64,000 nucleotides of DNA from Bdellovibrionales bacterium. GTDB taxonomy: Bacteria; Bdellovibrionota; Bdellovibrionia; Bdellovibrionales; JAGQZY01. Position numbers and translations under genes: made by a program. This document shows positions 1 through 8,684 of the stretch, one piece after another. How positions within the stretch are numbered: the first letter of the stretch is position 1; every line of letters begins with the position of its first letter. The notes below the pieces were generated by a model. That model was not told where the DNA came from. It ran no database searches and was given only the letters and a program-made list of their open reading frames with translations. The stretch is from contig CAXRHT010000002.1 of assembly GCA_964230645.1 (NCBI GenBank), forward strand, positions 352,001 through 416,000. Reading direction: 5' to 3'.

Positions 1-524
1 TCCAAACGGAAAGTGGCAGGCTTGCCTCTTTCTTTCGTAGAGTCAAACACGGTTCCGTCACGAAGAGTCCCATGATAGTTCACTTCCACACGGTCTGAAG
101 GCTCTGGGCTCTCCCCTTTTCCTTCTTCTTTCATAACGATAATAAGGCCTGAATCTGTTTTCTCAGCCCCTTCCATGCCCTCAGCTTTCTCAAGAAATTT
201 CTTGGCTTCTTCTTTTTCTTTATCAGCAAAGGCTTTTTGTCGGGTTTTAATAAGCTGCCCTACTTTTGGAATGTACTCACGAGGGTCCACTTTACCTTCT
301 TCGCCTTTGGCTCCATCGGTGATTCCCATTTTTAAAATCGCTAACTCTTTGTCGGAGAGCTGCAGGGTCTTCATTTTTGAGCCAACATCCATTCCGATGG
401 CATAGACTGTTTTATCATCGTCTGTTTTTAGACTGGGGTTAGACCCACCGCCGGACTTCATTTTGTCACAGGCAGAAAGCGCTAAGAGTCCCGAAGCTGC
501 AATTAACACGATTATGTATTTCAT
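1..524 (-). CDS. FKBP-type peptidyl-prolyl isomerase lipoprotein (FkpA/Mip-like), 3' end runs off window
   Basis: Not in the ORF track. Read manually: MKYIIVLIAASGLLALSAC (lipobox)...YAIGMDVG...TDSGL...GKGESP...VEVNYHGTLRDGTVFDST. AAGGAG RBS upstream. Confidence 0.9.
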   Translation of the reverse strand, partial: MKYIIVLIAASGLLALSACDKMKSGGGSNPSLKTDDDKTVYAIGMDVGSKMKTLQLSDKELAILKMGITDGAKGEEGKVDPREYIPKVGQLIKTRQKAFADKEKEEAKKFLEKAEGMEGAEKTDSGLIIVMKEEGKGESPEPSDRVEVNYHGTLRDGTVFDSTKERGKPATFRL

Positions 525-721
525 AGGTTGTTCTCCTTTTAACGATAGTCTGATGATGACCCCAAACTTTTCTATTTTCACTCGCTGACGCATCGCAAAC
601 TCTTGATTTCACCAGCGTTTATTCGATCAAAAAGGCCAAGCCACTAAAGATTGCATATTTATTGATCACTTTAAAAAACGGAAACAGGGCTCCCCTCTTT
701 AATGGCCCTCCTCTGAGTGGT

Positions 722-748
722 TCAATCCTTTGACTAGAATGTCGACAT
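722..748 (+). promoter_or_regulatory. putative sigma28-like promoter
   Basis: TCAA-N15-GTCGACAT upstream of the lipoprotein gene at 820. Confidence 0.35.
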
Positions 749-819
749 TGAAATCATTATCTATACAAGCTCAAAAATTTCTCTGCTTTAATTCAGTCAA
801 ACCAACATGGGAGGAACTT

Positions 820-1203
820 ATGAAATACTGGATTGTTTTTTTTATTTTAATCCTAGGGGCCTGCGCCCACCACAAAGATGTGCGTCCGGGAACAGAGGGT
901 GTGCACTGGGTGAGTGTCAAAGGAGACGATCCAGACGCAGCGGCAGAAAATGCCCTTTCTCAAGCCAGACATTTTTGTGAAGAACAGGATTTGCGCATGG
1001 GTGTGGTTGAGGAGAAAAATGAGTACAAAGGCGATATGGATGAGAAGGAATACAACCAAGCCAAACGCACCTCCAAAGCGATCCAATCAGCCGGCGTTTT
1101 GCTCGGTGGAGAGGCTGGACGCATGGCCCGCCAAGGAGGACATGTCGCCTCCCAAAGTATCGGCCAAGGTTATCGCTACTCGATGAAGTTTAAATGCCTT
1201 TAA
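820..1203 (+). CDS. hypothetical lipoprotein
   Basis: GGAGG RBS before ATG 820 (track ORF starts at 730); signal MKYWIVFFILILGAC. Confidence 0.75.
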   Translation: MKYWIVFFILILGACAHHKDVRPGTEGVHWVSVKGDDPDAAAENALSQARHFCEEQDLRMGVVEEKNEYKGDMDEKEYNQAKRTSKAIQSAGVLLGGEAGRMARQGGHVASQSIGQGYRYSMKFKCL

Positions 1204-2024
1204 AACAAGTATTCGGCCTTTAAAAGAAACAGTTGGTAATCAAAGGATTCCAGCTCTCTTGTTTGGCCCGAGTTCACCGCCCTTTGCAATTGACGATCTT
1301 GGCTGCGAGGGCTTTGCTCCACACTGTATTCAATATTAGTTAGATATCGGTACTCAAAACTCACCTGCACCTGATCTAAAACTTCTGCACCGATCGAAGC
1401 ATAAACACCTTGGTCCCAACCTTGGGAAGCGTTTTCATCGGCGTTGTACTGCCTTCTTGAATGATTGATGACATAACCCAACTGCCCTGAAGACCACTGC
1501 GGTAAAAAAGAAAACAGTTTAAACACATCGTAACCAAGGCTCGCTGAGAACATATAGTGATCAATGTCCTCTTGATCAGTACGAGTGAGGCGATTGATAT
1601 CAGACTGCTGGAAAGTGTAAAGAAACCCACCGGATAAAATGAGATCACGCCACAGGTAGGCTCCTAGTTGCAATCCGCCAACACCACTTAGAACATCCAA
1701 ATTGCTCACTTGCGGATAATTAAAGCCTCCGCCTAAAACTCCTATGGTGTAGCTTCGGTCTTGGTATTGCTGTGGAGCTTTATAGCTAGTTTTCGTTTGG
1801 TAAATGGGCTCACTTGTATTCTCAAATTCAGAATGCATTTCTTCAACAGCGCTAGGAGCACCAGATCCACCGGGCTGAGAATTTTCCACTTGTGTTTTAT
1901 ACCACTGCTCTTTACTCACACTCGTCATATCCGCATTCGCCTGAGAGAGGACGAATGAGAATGTAAAAAATAAAAGAAGAGAAGCTCTCTTTTTTTTGTT
2001 ATTACTAGTTTTTATGAGTTTCAC
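1200..2024 (-). CDS. outer-membrane beta-barrel protein
   Basis: Signal peptide ending ANA; alternating aromatic/Gly strands; C-terminal YLF; AGGAG RBS before GTG. Confidence 0.7.
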   Translation of the reverse strand: MKLIKTSNNKKKRASLLLFFTFSFVLSQANADMTSVSKEQWYKTQVENSQPGGSGAPSAVEEMHSEFENTSEPIYQTKTSYKAPQQYQDRSYTIGVLGGGFNYPQVSNLDVLSGVGGLQLGAYLWRDLILSGGFLYTFQQSDINRLTRTDQEDIDHYMFSASLGYDVFKLFSFLPQWSSGQLGYVINHSRRQYNADENASQGWDQGVYASIGAEVLDQVQVSFEYRYLTNIEYSVEQSPRSQDRQLQRAVNSGQTRELESFDYQLFLLKAEYLF

Positions 2025-2072
2025 TGGGAACTCTCCTTTGAGTAAAATAACAGGCTCTATTATATAAAACTT

Positions 2073-2099
2073 CCAATCTTTTAAGGGGTTTACCGATTT
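2073..2099 (+). promoter_or_regulatory. putative sigma28-like promoter
   Basis: CCAA-N15-ACCGATTT upstream of ORF 2273. Confidence 0.3.
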
Positions 2100-2272
2100 A
2101 ATTTGGAAAATCTACTCACCAAGGCAGTTTTTTCAATCCGAGCAAATGTGTATAAATCTTTAAATTTACTAGGGAATGTATAATTTTCTTGCTGTTTATT
2201 TTCTGTACACCTTTGGCCTCCTTTCCCCTACAACCCCCTCATTCGTTCAACTAAAAAAGGAAAGGAACAATT

Positions 2273-2797
2273 ATGAAAAAAATAATCAATGTCATGAGTA
2301 TTTTTGCTCTTTTGTCGACCTCTTTTTGTGGCCAGCAAAACCAAGTGGCTGAAGGTGCTGTTGATTCTGAAACTGTGGTTGTGAATCGTGTGCAAGAGCT
2401 ACAAGGAGAAAACGGAGAGACTCAATATTATGGTGAAGTGGGAATTGTCCACGGTGCCACCTCTCAGCAAGAGCTTAACCAAATGGTTGAAAACGATCAG
2501 GTTGAGTTTATGAGTGAAGAAGAACTTGAGGCCAGCGGAATCACTTTAGTTGAAGACGCGACCGAGACTTCTAACATGCAGGAAGTTGTTTTTTGGCCTT
2601 TCGCTTTAGCTTTTGGCTTGATCGTAGGACTAGCGGCCGGCGAAGCCAGCGCTGATTACAACCACAAGGTTTATCACCGCAATCGTCGTGTACACCGCAG
2701 AGGTCACCACACCTACAACTCTCACTCTACTTACTACCCTAGAAACCATCGTCGTCATCGCAGCAAAGTTAAGTACCACTCCACTTACTGGTACTAA
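2273..2797 (+). CDS. exported protein with acidic N-region, internal hydrophobic segment and His/Arg/Tyr-rich C-terminus
   Basis: Strong AAGGA RBS; signal ending STSFC; own terminator. Confidence 0.75.
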   Translation: MKKIINVMSIFALLSTSFCGQQNQVAEGAVDSETVVVNRVQELQGENGETQYYGEVGIVHGATSQQELNQMVENDQVEFMSEEELEASGITLVEDATETSNMQEVVFWPFALAFGLIVGLAAGEASADYNHKVYHRNRRVHRRGHHTYNSHSTYYPRNHRRHRSKVKYHSTYWY

Positions 2798-2836
2798 GAG
2801 TTTCTTAAAAATAATAATCAAAGTATTATGTTTCAT

Positions 2837-2869
2837 AAAGCCGAGAGAAAAATCTTTCGGCTTTTTTTT
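2837..2869 (+). terminator. rho-independent terminator
   Basis: aaagccgagaga/tctttcggcttt stem followed by a T run. Confidence 0.8.
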
Positions 2870-2913
2870 ATTTACTAGGTGAGTTTTTCTTTTTTGAGGA
2901 CCAGGCTATTGAA

Positions 2914-2971
2914 GCATGGGAAACCGAGGACTCCGACCGAGGTTCATAGGTCCTTCGGCTTCGCCTCAGGA
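2914..2971. repeat. truncated REP-like palindromic element, homologous to about 48396-48453
   Basis: gcatggg..ccgaggac...aggtccttcggcttcgcctcagga is shared with the 48.4 kb locus. Confidence 0.75.
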
Positions 2972-3115
2972 GGACATTTCATTTTCTAAAGTTTGCCGCT
3001 TAGAAGAGGACATTTAATTTTGTAAAGTTTGCCGCCTAGAAGGGGACATTTAACCTTCTAAATTTTGACACCTATAGGGGGACATTTAACCTTCTAAATT
3101 TTGACACCTAGAAAA
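2972..3115. repeat. 36-bp degenerate tandem repeat, 4 copies
   Basis: ggacattt recurs at 2972, 3008, 3044 and 3080; units 1/2 and 3/4 are near-identical pairs. Confidence 0.9.
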
Positions 3116-3220
3116 AGAAAGAGAATTTCGGGTGTTCATTGTTTGGACAGTCATTATAAATACTTTTCATCATCTCCCTCATTTTGAAATCTTACCTCAA
3201 ACCTATGGTAATTTGAGGCA

Positions 3221-3925
3221 ATGAACGAAAATCAATCTCAGGCTCAAGCCCCTAACAGTAGGCACTTCAATAAGCTTCTCTTTGTTTTGATTTTGCAGTT
3301 TTCTGTTCTCCCCGCTCACAGCTCTCCTATTTGTAGCGAAGTTTTCAAGGTGTTTCCACTAGTCGATCATATTCGTACTTTTAGAGAACAACAGATTATG
3401 GAAACCCCCGAGGTTTTTCGCTTTCGCTCGAGCGCTAACAATCGCTCGCGTATCACTGTGAAGGTGGATACACGTCTTGGTAAAAGTGCCTCAACGGTGT
3501 ATCTCACCAGCGATGGTCGCCATGTAGTGAAGCAGTATGAGGCCAAACGACGCATTTTTTTATATGAAATCCTTGTGACCGAATTTCTTATCGAACAAGG
3601 CCTTGATGTGCCTGCTGTGGTGGACTATTCCAGCAATGCTTTTGAACCCAACGGAGAACCTGTTTATGTCATCAAGGAGTACCGCCCGGGTCTTGACTGG
3701 GGCGAAAGAGAGCAGGTGGGTGTCCCTACTGATAGCGAGTTCCAACGTAAGCGAAAAGAGTTCAAGGAAGCTATGAAAGGTTTTGTGCGATGGCTTGCTG
3801 AGAATGAACAAGGAATTTACTACCTTACAAAAACAGCGGCTCTCCATCACCTCAATGAGTCTGGGGATTTTCATGCCGGCAATTGGGTCTATGGGCCTGA
3901 GGGCTGGATTCTTATAGATCCCTAA
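3221..3925 (+). CDS. secreted protein-kinase-like-fold protein (short)
   Basis: Signal-like segment ending PAHS; RLGKSASTVY, VVK, catalytic-loop-like GDFHAGN, ends at LIDP. Confidence 0.6.
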   Translation: MNENQSQAQAPNSRHFNKLLFVLILQFSVLPAHSSPICSEVFKVFPLVDHIRTFREQQIMETPEVFRFRSSANNRSRITVKVDTRLGKSASTVYLTSDGRHVVKQYEAKRRIFLYEILVTEFLIEQGLDVPAVVDYSSNAFEPNGEPVYVIKEYRPGLDWGEREQVGVPTDSEFQRKRKEFKEAMKGFVRWLAENEQGIYYLTKTAALHHLNESGDFHAGNWVYGPEGWILIDP

Positions 3926-3928
3926 CTG

Positions 3929-4933
3929 TTATTTAAAGACCTTGATCAGGTAAATTAAACTTGGAAATATAAGCCCACTACCAATTACGAGAGCCATTAC
4001 TAGCTGCCATAAAGTGGGCTCCGGAGCTGCCGCTTGATAAAAAGACATCGCTCCCTCTTTGGTAAGGATCAGATGAGGCCAAGTAATACTAAACCAACCA
4101 AAAAGAATGAGGGAAACCTGAGCCGCAGCGATTACTCTTAGGAGCCAAGCCGAATCTTTTTTAATCCGTATCCATAAACCAATAAATAGGAGAGTGGCTA
4201 ATACCAAACAAAACATTGCAAAACCACTGGATAGAAATTCCTGGATAAGACTTCTTTTTTCTAAAAAGGAACTTAAAAATAACAGGCCACCAATGACAAT
4301 GAGACTAATATTTAACCTTTTTGCCACTCTTATAAAATAAGCCTTTAGTTCCTCATCTTTGGTTTCTCCAATCATGTAAACACTTGCTAGAAAACTAAAG
4401 ATCGCTAAAGTAAAAAGACCCATAACAAAAGGAAACACACCCAGCCATGGCTCAAGAAATATTTCAAAAGCATCCTTTCCATTTTTAGTGAGAAGACCTC
4501 GGGTTAAGCTAGCGGCAATAATACCCAGCCACAGGCTCGTCCAAACGCTTGAAAGAGAAAAAAAGAAACTATAAATTTTTTGGCTAGTCTCGTCTTTTAT
4601 GGCGTCGTAATGACGAAAAGTAAAAGCGCAACCTCGAAACACAATCCCCACCAACAAAGCGACCAGTGGGAAGTGCAACGAGACCACAATCACACCAAAG
4701 GCCTTAGGAAATCCCATAAAAAGTATAACCACAAGAATAATCAACCACATATGATTGGCTTCCCACACAGGACCCATGGCACGATTGATCACCTCGCGCT
4801 GTTTTGCTTTCAAGTGCTTGGGAACAAAACACTCCATAAAACCGGCACCAAAATCGGCACCTCCTAAAATCACATAGAGGACTACTGAGGCTCCGATAAA
4901 AAGAATTAGAATATTAACGAGAGTCTCAACCAT
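3929..4933 (-). CDS. cydB: cytochrome bd ubiquinol oxidase subunit II
   Basis: YVILGGADFGAG, GPVWEANHMW motifs; overlaps cydA stop. Confidence 0.95.
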   Translation of the reverse strand: MVETLVNILILFIGASVVLYVILGGADFGAGFMECFVPKHLKAKQREVINRAMGPVWEANHMWLIILVVILFMGFPKAFGVIVVSLHFPLVALLVGIVFRGCAFTFRHYDAIKDETSQKIYSFFFSLSSVWTSLWLGIIAASLTRGLLTKNGKDAFEIFLEPWLGVFPFVMGLFTLAIFSFLASVYMIGETKDEELKAYFIRVAKRLNISLIVIGGLLFLSSFLEKRSLIQEFLSSGFAMFCLVLATLLFIGLWIRIKKDSAWLLRVIAAAQVSLILFGWFSITWPHLILTKEGAMSFYQAAAPEPTLWQLVMALVIGSGLIFPSLIYLIKVFK

Positions 4934-6209
4934 AGTGCTGCACCAATCGCTTTAAAAGCCAGGCTGTCATCGCACCTAAAAATAAATACAGGAAAAGAAA
5001 AATATAAAAATGATAACTCATTCCAGGAATGTTTGTGAGGGCTTCACTGGTTCTCATAAACCCGTAAATGATCCAGGGTTGCCGACCAACCTCGGTGGTC
5101 ACCCATCCGGCTTCAATCGCTACAAAGCCCATGGGACTTAAAAGCACGCAAGCTTTTAAAAACCAGGGGGGAAAGCTTTTTTTATAGAGAAAGAAAAAAT
5201 AAAGAACCGCAACAAGAGCCAGAAAACTTCCTATAGCCACCATCAACTGAAACGACAAATGAACAATCAACAAAGGAGGCCAGTCTTTTTTTGGAAACTC
5301 TTTTAACCCCTTCACTTCAGCATCAAAATCGTTAAAGGCTAAAAAACTGAGAAGACCCGGAATGGCGATAGCGCCCACCATTTCTTCTTTCTCGGGATCG
5401 GGAATTCCTCCAAGATAAAGGGGGGCTTGAGAAGAGGTGTGAAAATGCCCCTCCATTGCCGCAAGCTTTACAGGCTGCAATTCGGCCACCCTTTGAGCAC
5501 TAAAATGACCGACAAGAGGTTGCAGCAATGAGCAGACAGCCGCCAGTGTCATGGCGATGACAAAGGCTTTTTGATGAATTTCCTTACTTTTCTTTTTTAA
5601 GAGCAAGTAGGCATGAATCCCAGCAACAGCTAGGCCCACAGCCTGCAGGGCTGCCACTTGCATATGAAGGCTTTGGTGCAGCCAGGCGGGGTTAAACATG
5701 GCCTCAAAGGGATCCACATGGACAATCTCACCACCCTCAATTTGAAAGCCTTGTGGACTATTCATCCATGCATTAGCGGCCACCACAAAGATCCCTGAGG
5801 CAAATCCAGAGATCCCGACCATCACTCCCGTGAACCAATGCACCCAAGGGTTCATGCGGTTCCACCCATAGAGGAAAAGCCCCAAAGCCACAGCCTCCAA
5901 AAAAAAGGCCGTTCCCTCCCAAGAAAAGGGCATCCCGATGATGGGTCCTGCCCATTTCATAAAATCTGGCCATAATAGCCCCAGCTCAAAACTAAGGACC
6001 GTCCCCGAAACAGCCCCCACGGCAAATAAGATTGCCACACCCTTCATCCACATTTTGGTGAGATTCAAGTAGTTTTCATCTTTGGTTTTTAAGTATTTGT
6101 AATGGGCAATGGACATTAGAAAGGGCATTGTCATGCCAATAGCAGCAAAAATGATATGAAAGCCTAATGAAAAGGCCATAGAGAGTCTGGCTGCTAGTAA
6201 ATCACTCAT
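4926..6209 (-). CDS. cydA: cytochrome bd ubiquinol oxidase subunit I
   Basis: FHIIF, NAWMNSP, QPVKLAAMEG, AGWVTTEVGRQPW motifs. Confidence 0.97.
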   Translation of the reverse strand: MSDLLAARLSMAFSLGFHIIFAAIGMTMPFLMSIAHYKYLKTKDENYLNLTKMWMKGVAILFAVGAVSGTVLSFELGLLWPDFMKWAGPIIGMPFSWEGTAFFLEAVALGLFLYGWNRMNPWVHWFTGVMVGISGFASGIFVVAANAWMNSPQGFQIEGGEIVHVDPFEAMFNPAWLHQSLHMQVAALQAVGLAVAGIHAYLLLKKKSKEIHQKAFVIAMTLAAVCSLLQPLVGHFSAQRVAELQPVKLAAMEGHFHTSSQAPLYLGGIPDPEKEEMVGAIAIPGLLSFLAFNDFDAEVKGLKEFPKKDWPPLLIVHLSFQLMVAIGSFLALVAVLYFFFLYKKSFPPWFLKACVLLSPMGFVAIEAGWVTTEVGRQPWIIYGFMRTSEALTNIPGMSYHFYIFLFLYLFLGAMTAWLLKRLVQHYG

Positions 6210-6343
6210 CGCAGGAGCATAATGACTTTTTTAGAAAGATCTGAGAAGATAAAAAGCAATGTGTTAACGTCCTTTCCACTGTTTTATTGCCTTAGCAATA
6301 AAATGGGCCATATATTTGGGGAAAAGATGAGGGGGAGAGAGTT

Positions 6344-7426
6344 TTGACCAAGGATTACCGGTATTTAAAAAAACACCTGCCAGATGACATTTTCAAGCCC
6401 AACCGGCTTTTTTTACTACCTCTGATCGGTACGGCTCTCGCAGGCTGGGCCTGTGTGGGAGTGATTGGACTCACTGAGCTTCCCTGGTACCTGAATCTTT
6501 GCCTTTCTTTACTTATCGGCTACTGCTGGTCGGTGGGAGGTCTGTTTGGCCATGAGCTCCTACATGGGGCCATTGTTCGTAGCAAAAAATGGCAAAACAT
6601 CATCGGATTTTTCTGTTTTCTCCCCTATTTAATTTCTCCCACTTTTTGGCGCTACTGGCACAATAAGCTTCATCATAGCTACACCCAGAAAATTATTATG
6701 GACCCGGATGCCTTCCCCACTCTGAAGATTTATAGACAAAGTAAATTCATACAATGGATGTTCCCCTTCACACCCGGTTCTGGAAAAAAGCGCAGCTTCT
6801 TTTATTTATTCTTCTGGTTTTCTTTCAATGCCCAGATCGCTCAACATTATTTTCGTTACCGCAATAAGATTTTTAATAAGCTCAACCACAAACGTGTGAA
6901 TGTTGAAATGGTTCTAGCCCTTCTGATCCACGCCTCGGTTCTTGTATGGCTTGGCCCCAGTCAGTGGTTCTGGGCCGTGATCATTCCTTTTGTGGTTATG
7001 AACTATATCCCTTTTTCCTACATCTCGACCAACCACAACCTAAGTCCTCTCACTAAACGCAATGATCCTTTAAGCAACTCACTCACTGTCACCAATCATC
7101 CTGTTTTGGAAGCCCTTCATATTAATTTTGGTTACCATGTGGAACACCACCTTTTTCCCACCATCTCTGGAGCTCATCTAAAAAAGGTTCACTATCTTCT
7201 CAAAAATGAGTTTCCCAGCAAGTATCAGTTCATGCCCAAGTGGCGCGCGATCAGGGCTCTGTATCAAACCTCTCGTATATATAAAAACTCGATGACGCTG
7301 GTGAATCCCTATTCAGGGAAAACTTTTGGCACTTTGGTTGAGGCCGAAGGAGTCAAAACAGAAGCTCCTCGAGACTATAAGAGCCCCAAAACGGAATTTA
7401 ATAACAGTCGGGACGTCGAAATCTAA
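6344..7426 (+). CDS. membrane fatty acid desaturase
   Basis: His boxes HELLH, HNKLHH, HVEHH; TM helices. Confidence 0.9.
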   Translation: MTKDYRYLKKHLPDDIFKPNRLFLLPLIGTALAGWACVGVIGLTELPWYLNLCLSLLIGYCWSVGGLFGHELLHGAIVRSKKWQNIIGFFCFLPYLISPTFWRYWHNKLHHSYTQKIIMDPDAFPTLKIYRQSKFIQWMFPFTPGSGKKRSFFYLFFWFSFNAQIAQHYFRYRNKIFNKLNHKRVNVEMVLALLIHASVLVWLGPSQWFWAVIIPFVVMNYIPFSYISTNHNLSPLTKRNDPLSNSLTVTNHPVLEALHINFGYHVEHHLFPTISGAHLKKVHYLLKNEFPSKYQFMPKWRAIRALYQTSRIYKNSMTLVNPYSGKTFGTLVEAEGVKTEAPRDYKSPKTEFNNSRDVEI

Positions 7427-8575
7427 TTACTTAAAATTGACTTCTTTTAGGTTTCTAAGAGCCGACTTAATGGTTTTGTTCTCTTTGGCAAAACAAAAGC
7501 GGATGAGCTTTTCGCCTTCATTTGATTTTAGGTAAAAAGGGGACATGGGGATGGTAGCCACCTGATTTTCTAAAATCAGTTTTTCACAGAACTCCCAATC
7601 TTTTATCCCAGGGGTTGAAACCACGCTGAAATAAGTGCCCTCAGGCTTAATCACAGAGGCATTGCAATCTTTCAGCCCGGAAACTAAAAGCTCCCTTTTT
7701 TGCGAGTAACTTTTTCTGAAGTCTTGCAAGTACTCTGGCCACTTTTCAAAACTTCTGGCTAGGGCCACCTGGAAAGGATGGGAGACACTAAAGCAAATGT
7801 ACTGATGCACTTTGTGAATGGTCTCTATTAAATGAGCCGGCCCACAGGCCCAACCCACCTTCCAACCTGTGAGACTTAAAGTTTTACCCACCGATGAGGT
7901 GGTCACAGTTCGCTGCTTCAATGACTCAAAAGCTGCGGTGGGAATAAATTCCTTATCAAAACTTAAATGCTCATAAACCTCATCACTTAAAATGTAAAAA
8001 TCATACTTCTCAGCCAATTGAGCAATTTCATTGATCTCCTCTTTGTCAAAAACTCGTCCCGTCGGATTATGGGGATTATTAAAAATAAGAAGTTTGGTTT
8101 TTTCACTCACCTGAGAGGCCAGCTCTTTAACGTCAATTCTGAAATCGGGAAGATGAAGGGTGACCGGTTTAAGCACCCCGCGGGCCATTTGCACCGAGGA
8201 GGCGTAAGAATCAAAAAGAGGTTCAAAGGCTATGACTTCATCGCCTGGCTCCACAAGGGCCTGTACCGTGGCGTAAATAGCCTCTGTGGCACCATTGGTG
8301 ATAAGCACCTCGTTCTCAGGATTATAGGTTAGATTATAAAGTTTTTGATAAAGAGAGGATATTTGCTCCCTCAAAGAATAAACACCAAAGGAGGGAGCGT
8401 ACTGGTTCTTCCCTTCCCCGAGAACTTTCCTGGTTTCCTCCAAAATCCACTCGGGAGCATCAAAGTCAGGAAAGCCTTGCGCTAAGTTGATGGCGCCATG
8501 CTTATTGGAAAGTTGTGTGATCGTCGAAAAAACGGATTGCTTAAGATTCTTTGCGGCGGGGTTGTGACTTTTCAT
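7427..8575 (-). CDS. PLP-dependent class I/II aminotransferase (YbdL/methionine aminotransferase-like)
   Basis: AINLAQGFPDF, NNPHNPTG, SDEVYEH, GKTLSLTGWKVGW, IRFCFAK. Confidence 0.92.
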   Translation of the reverse strand: MKSHNPAAKNLKQSVFSTITQLSNKHGAINLAQGFPDFDAPEWILEETRKVLGEGKNQYAPSFGVYSLREQISSLYQKLYNLTYNPENEVLITNGATEAIYATVQALVEPGDEVIAFEPLFDSYASSVQMARGVLKPVTLHLPDFRIDVKELASQVSEKTKLLIFNNPHNPTGRVFDKEEINEIAQLAEKYDFYILSDEVYEHLSFDKEFIPTAAFESLKQRTVTTSSVGKTLSLTGWKVGWACGPAHLIETIHKVHQYICFSVSHPFQVALARSFEKWPEYLQDFRKSYSQKRELLVSGLKDCNASVIKPEGTYFSVVSTPGIKDWEFCEKLILENQVATIPMSPFYLKSNEGEKLIRFCFAKENKTIKSALRNLKEVNFK

Positions 8576-8635
8576 TGGGAAAGTATAGCATGACCGACTT
8601 TAGATGATAGACACAAGGCTCCCATAAGATCCTCA

Positions 8636-8667
8636 AACAAAATAGGAGACCTCACTTGGCCTCCTAC
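8636..8667 (-). terminator. terminator downstream of ftsK
   Basis: taggag-a-cc/ggcctccta stem with an A run on the + strand side. Confidence 0.55.
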
Positions 8668-8684
8668 TCTTTGAAATTCATACA

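Noticed and set aside
175..405. 76-aa + strand ORF
   Set aside because: Antisense shadow of the FKBP gene. The many other short ORFs nested in or antisense to long genes were dismissed for the same reason.
2972..3115. CRISPR array (36-bp periodicity)
   Set aside because: Units are head-to-tail with no unique spacers, and no cas genes are in the window.
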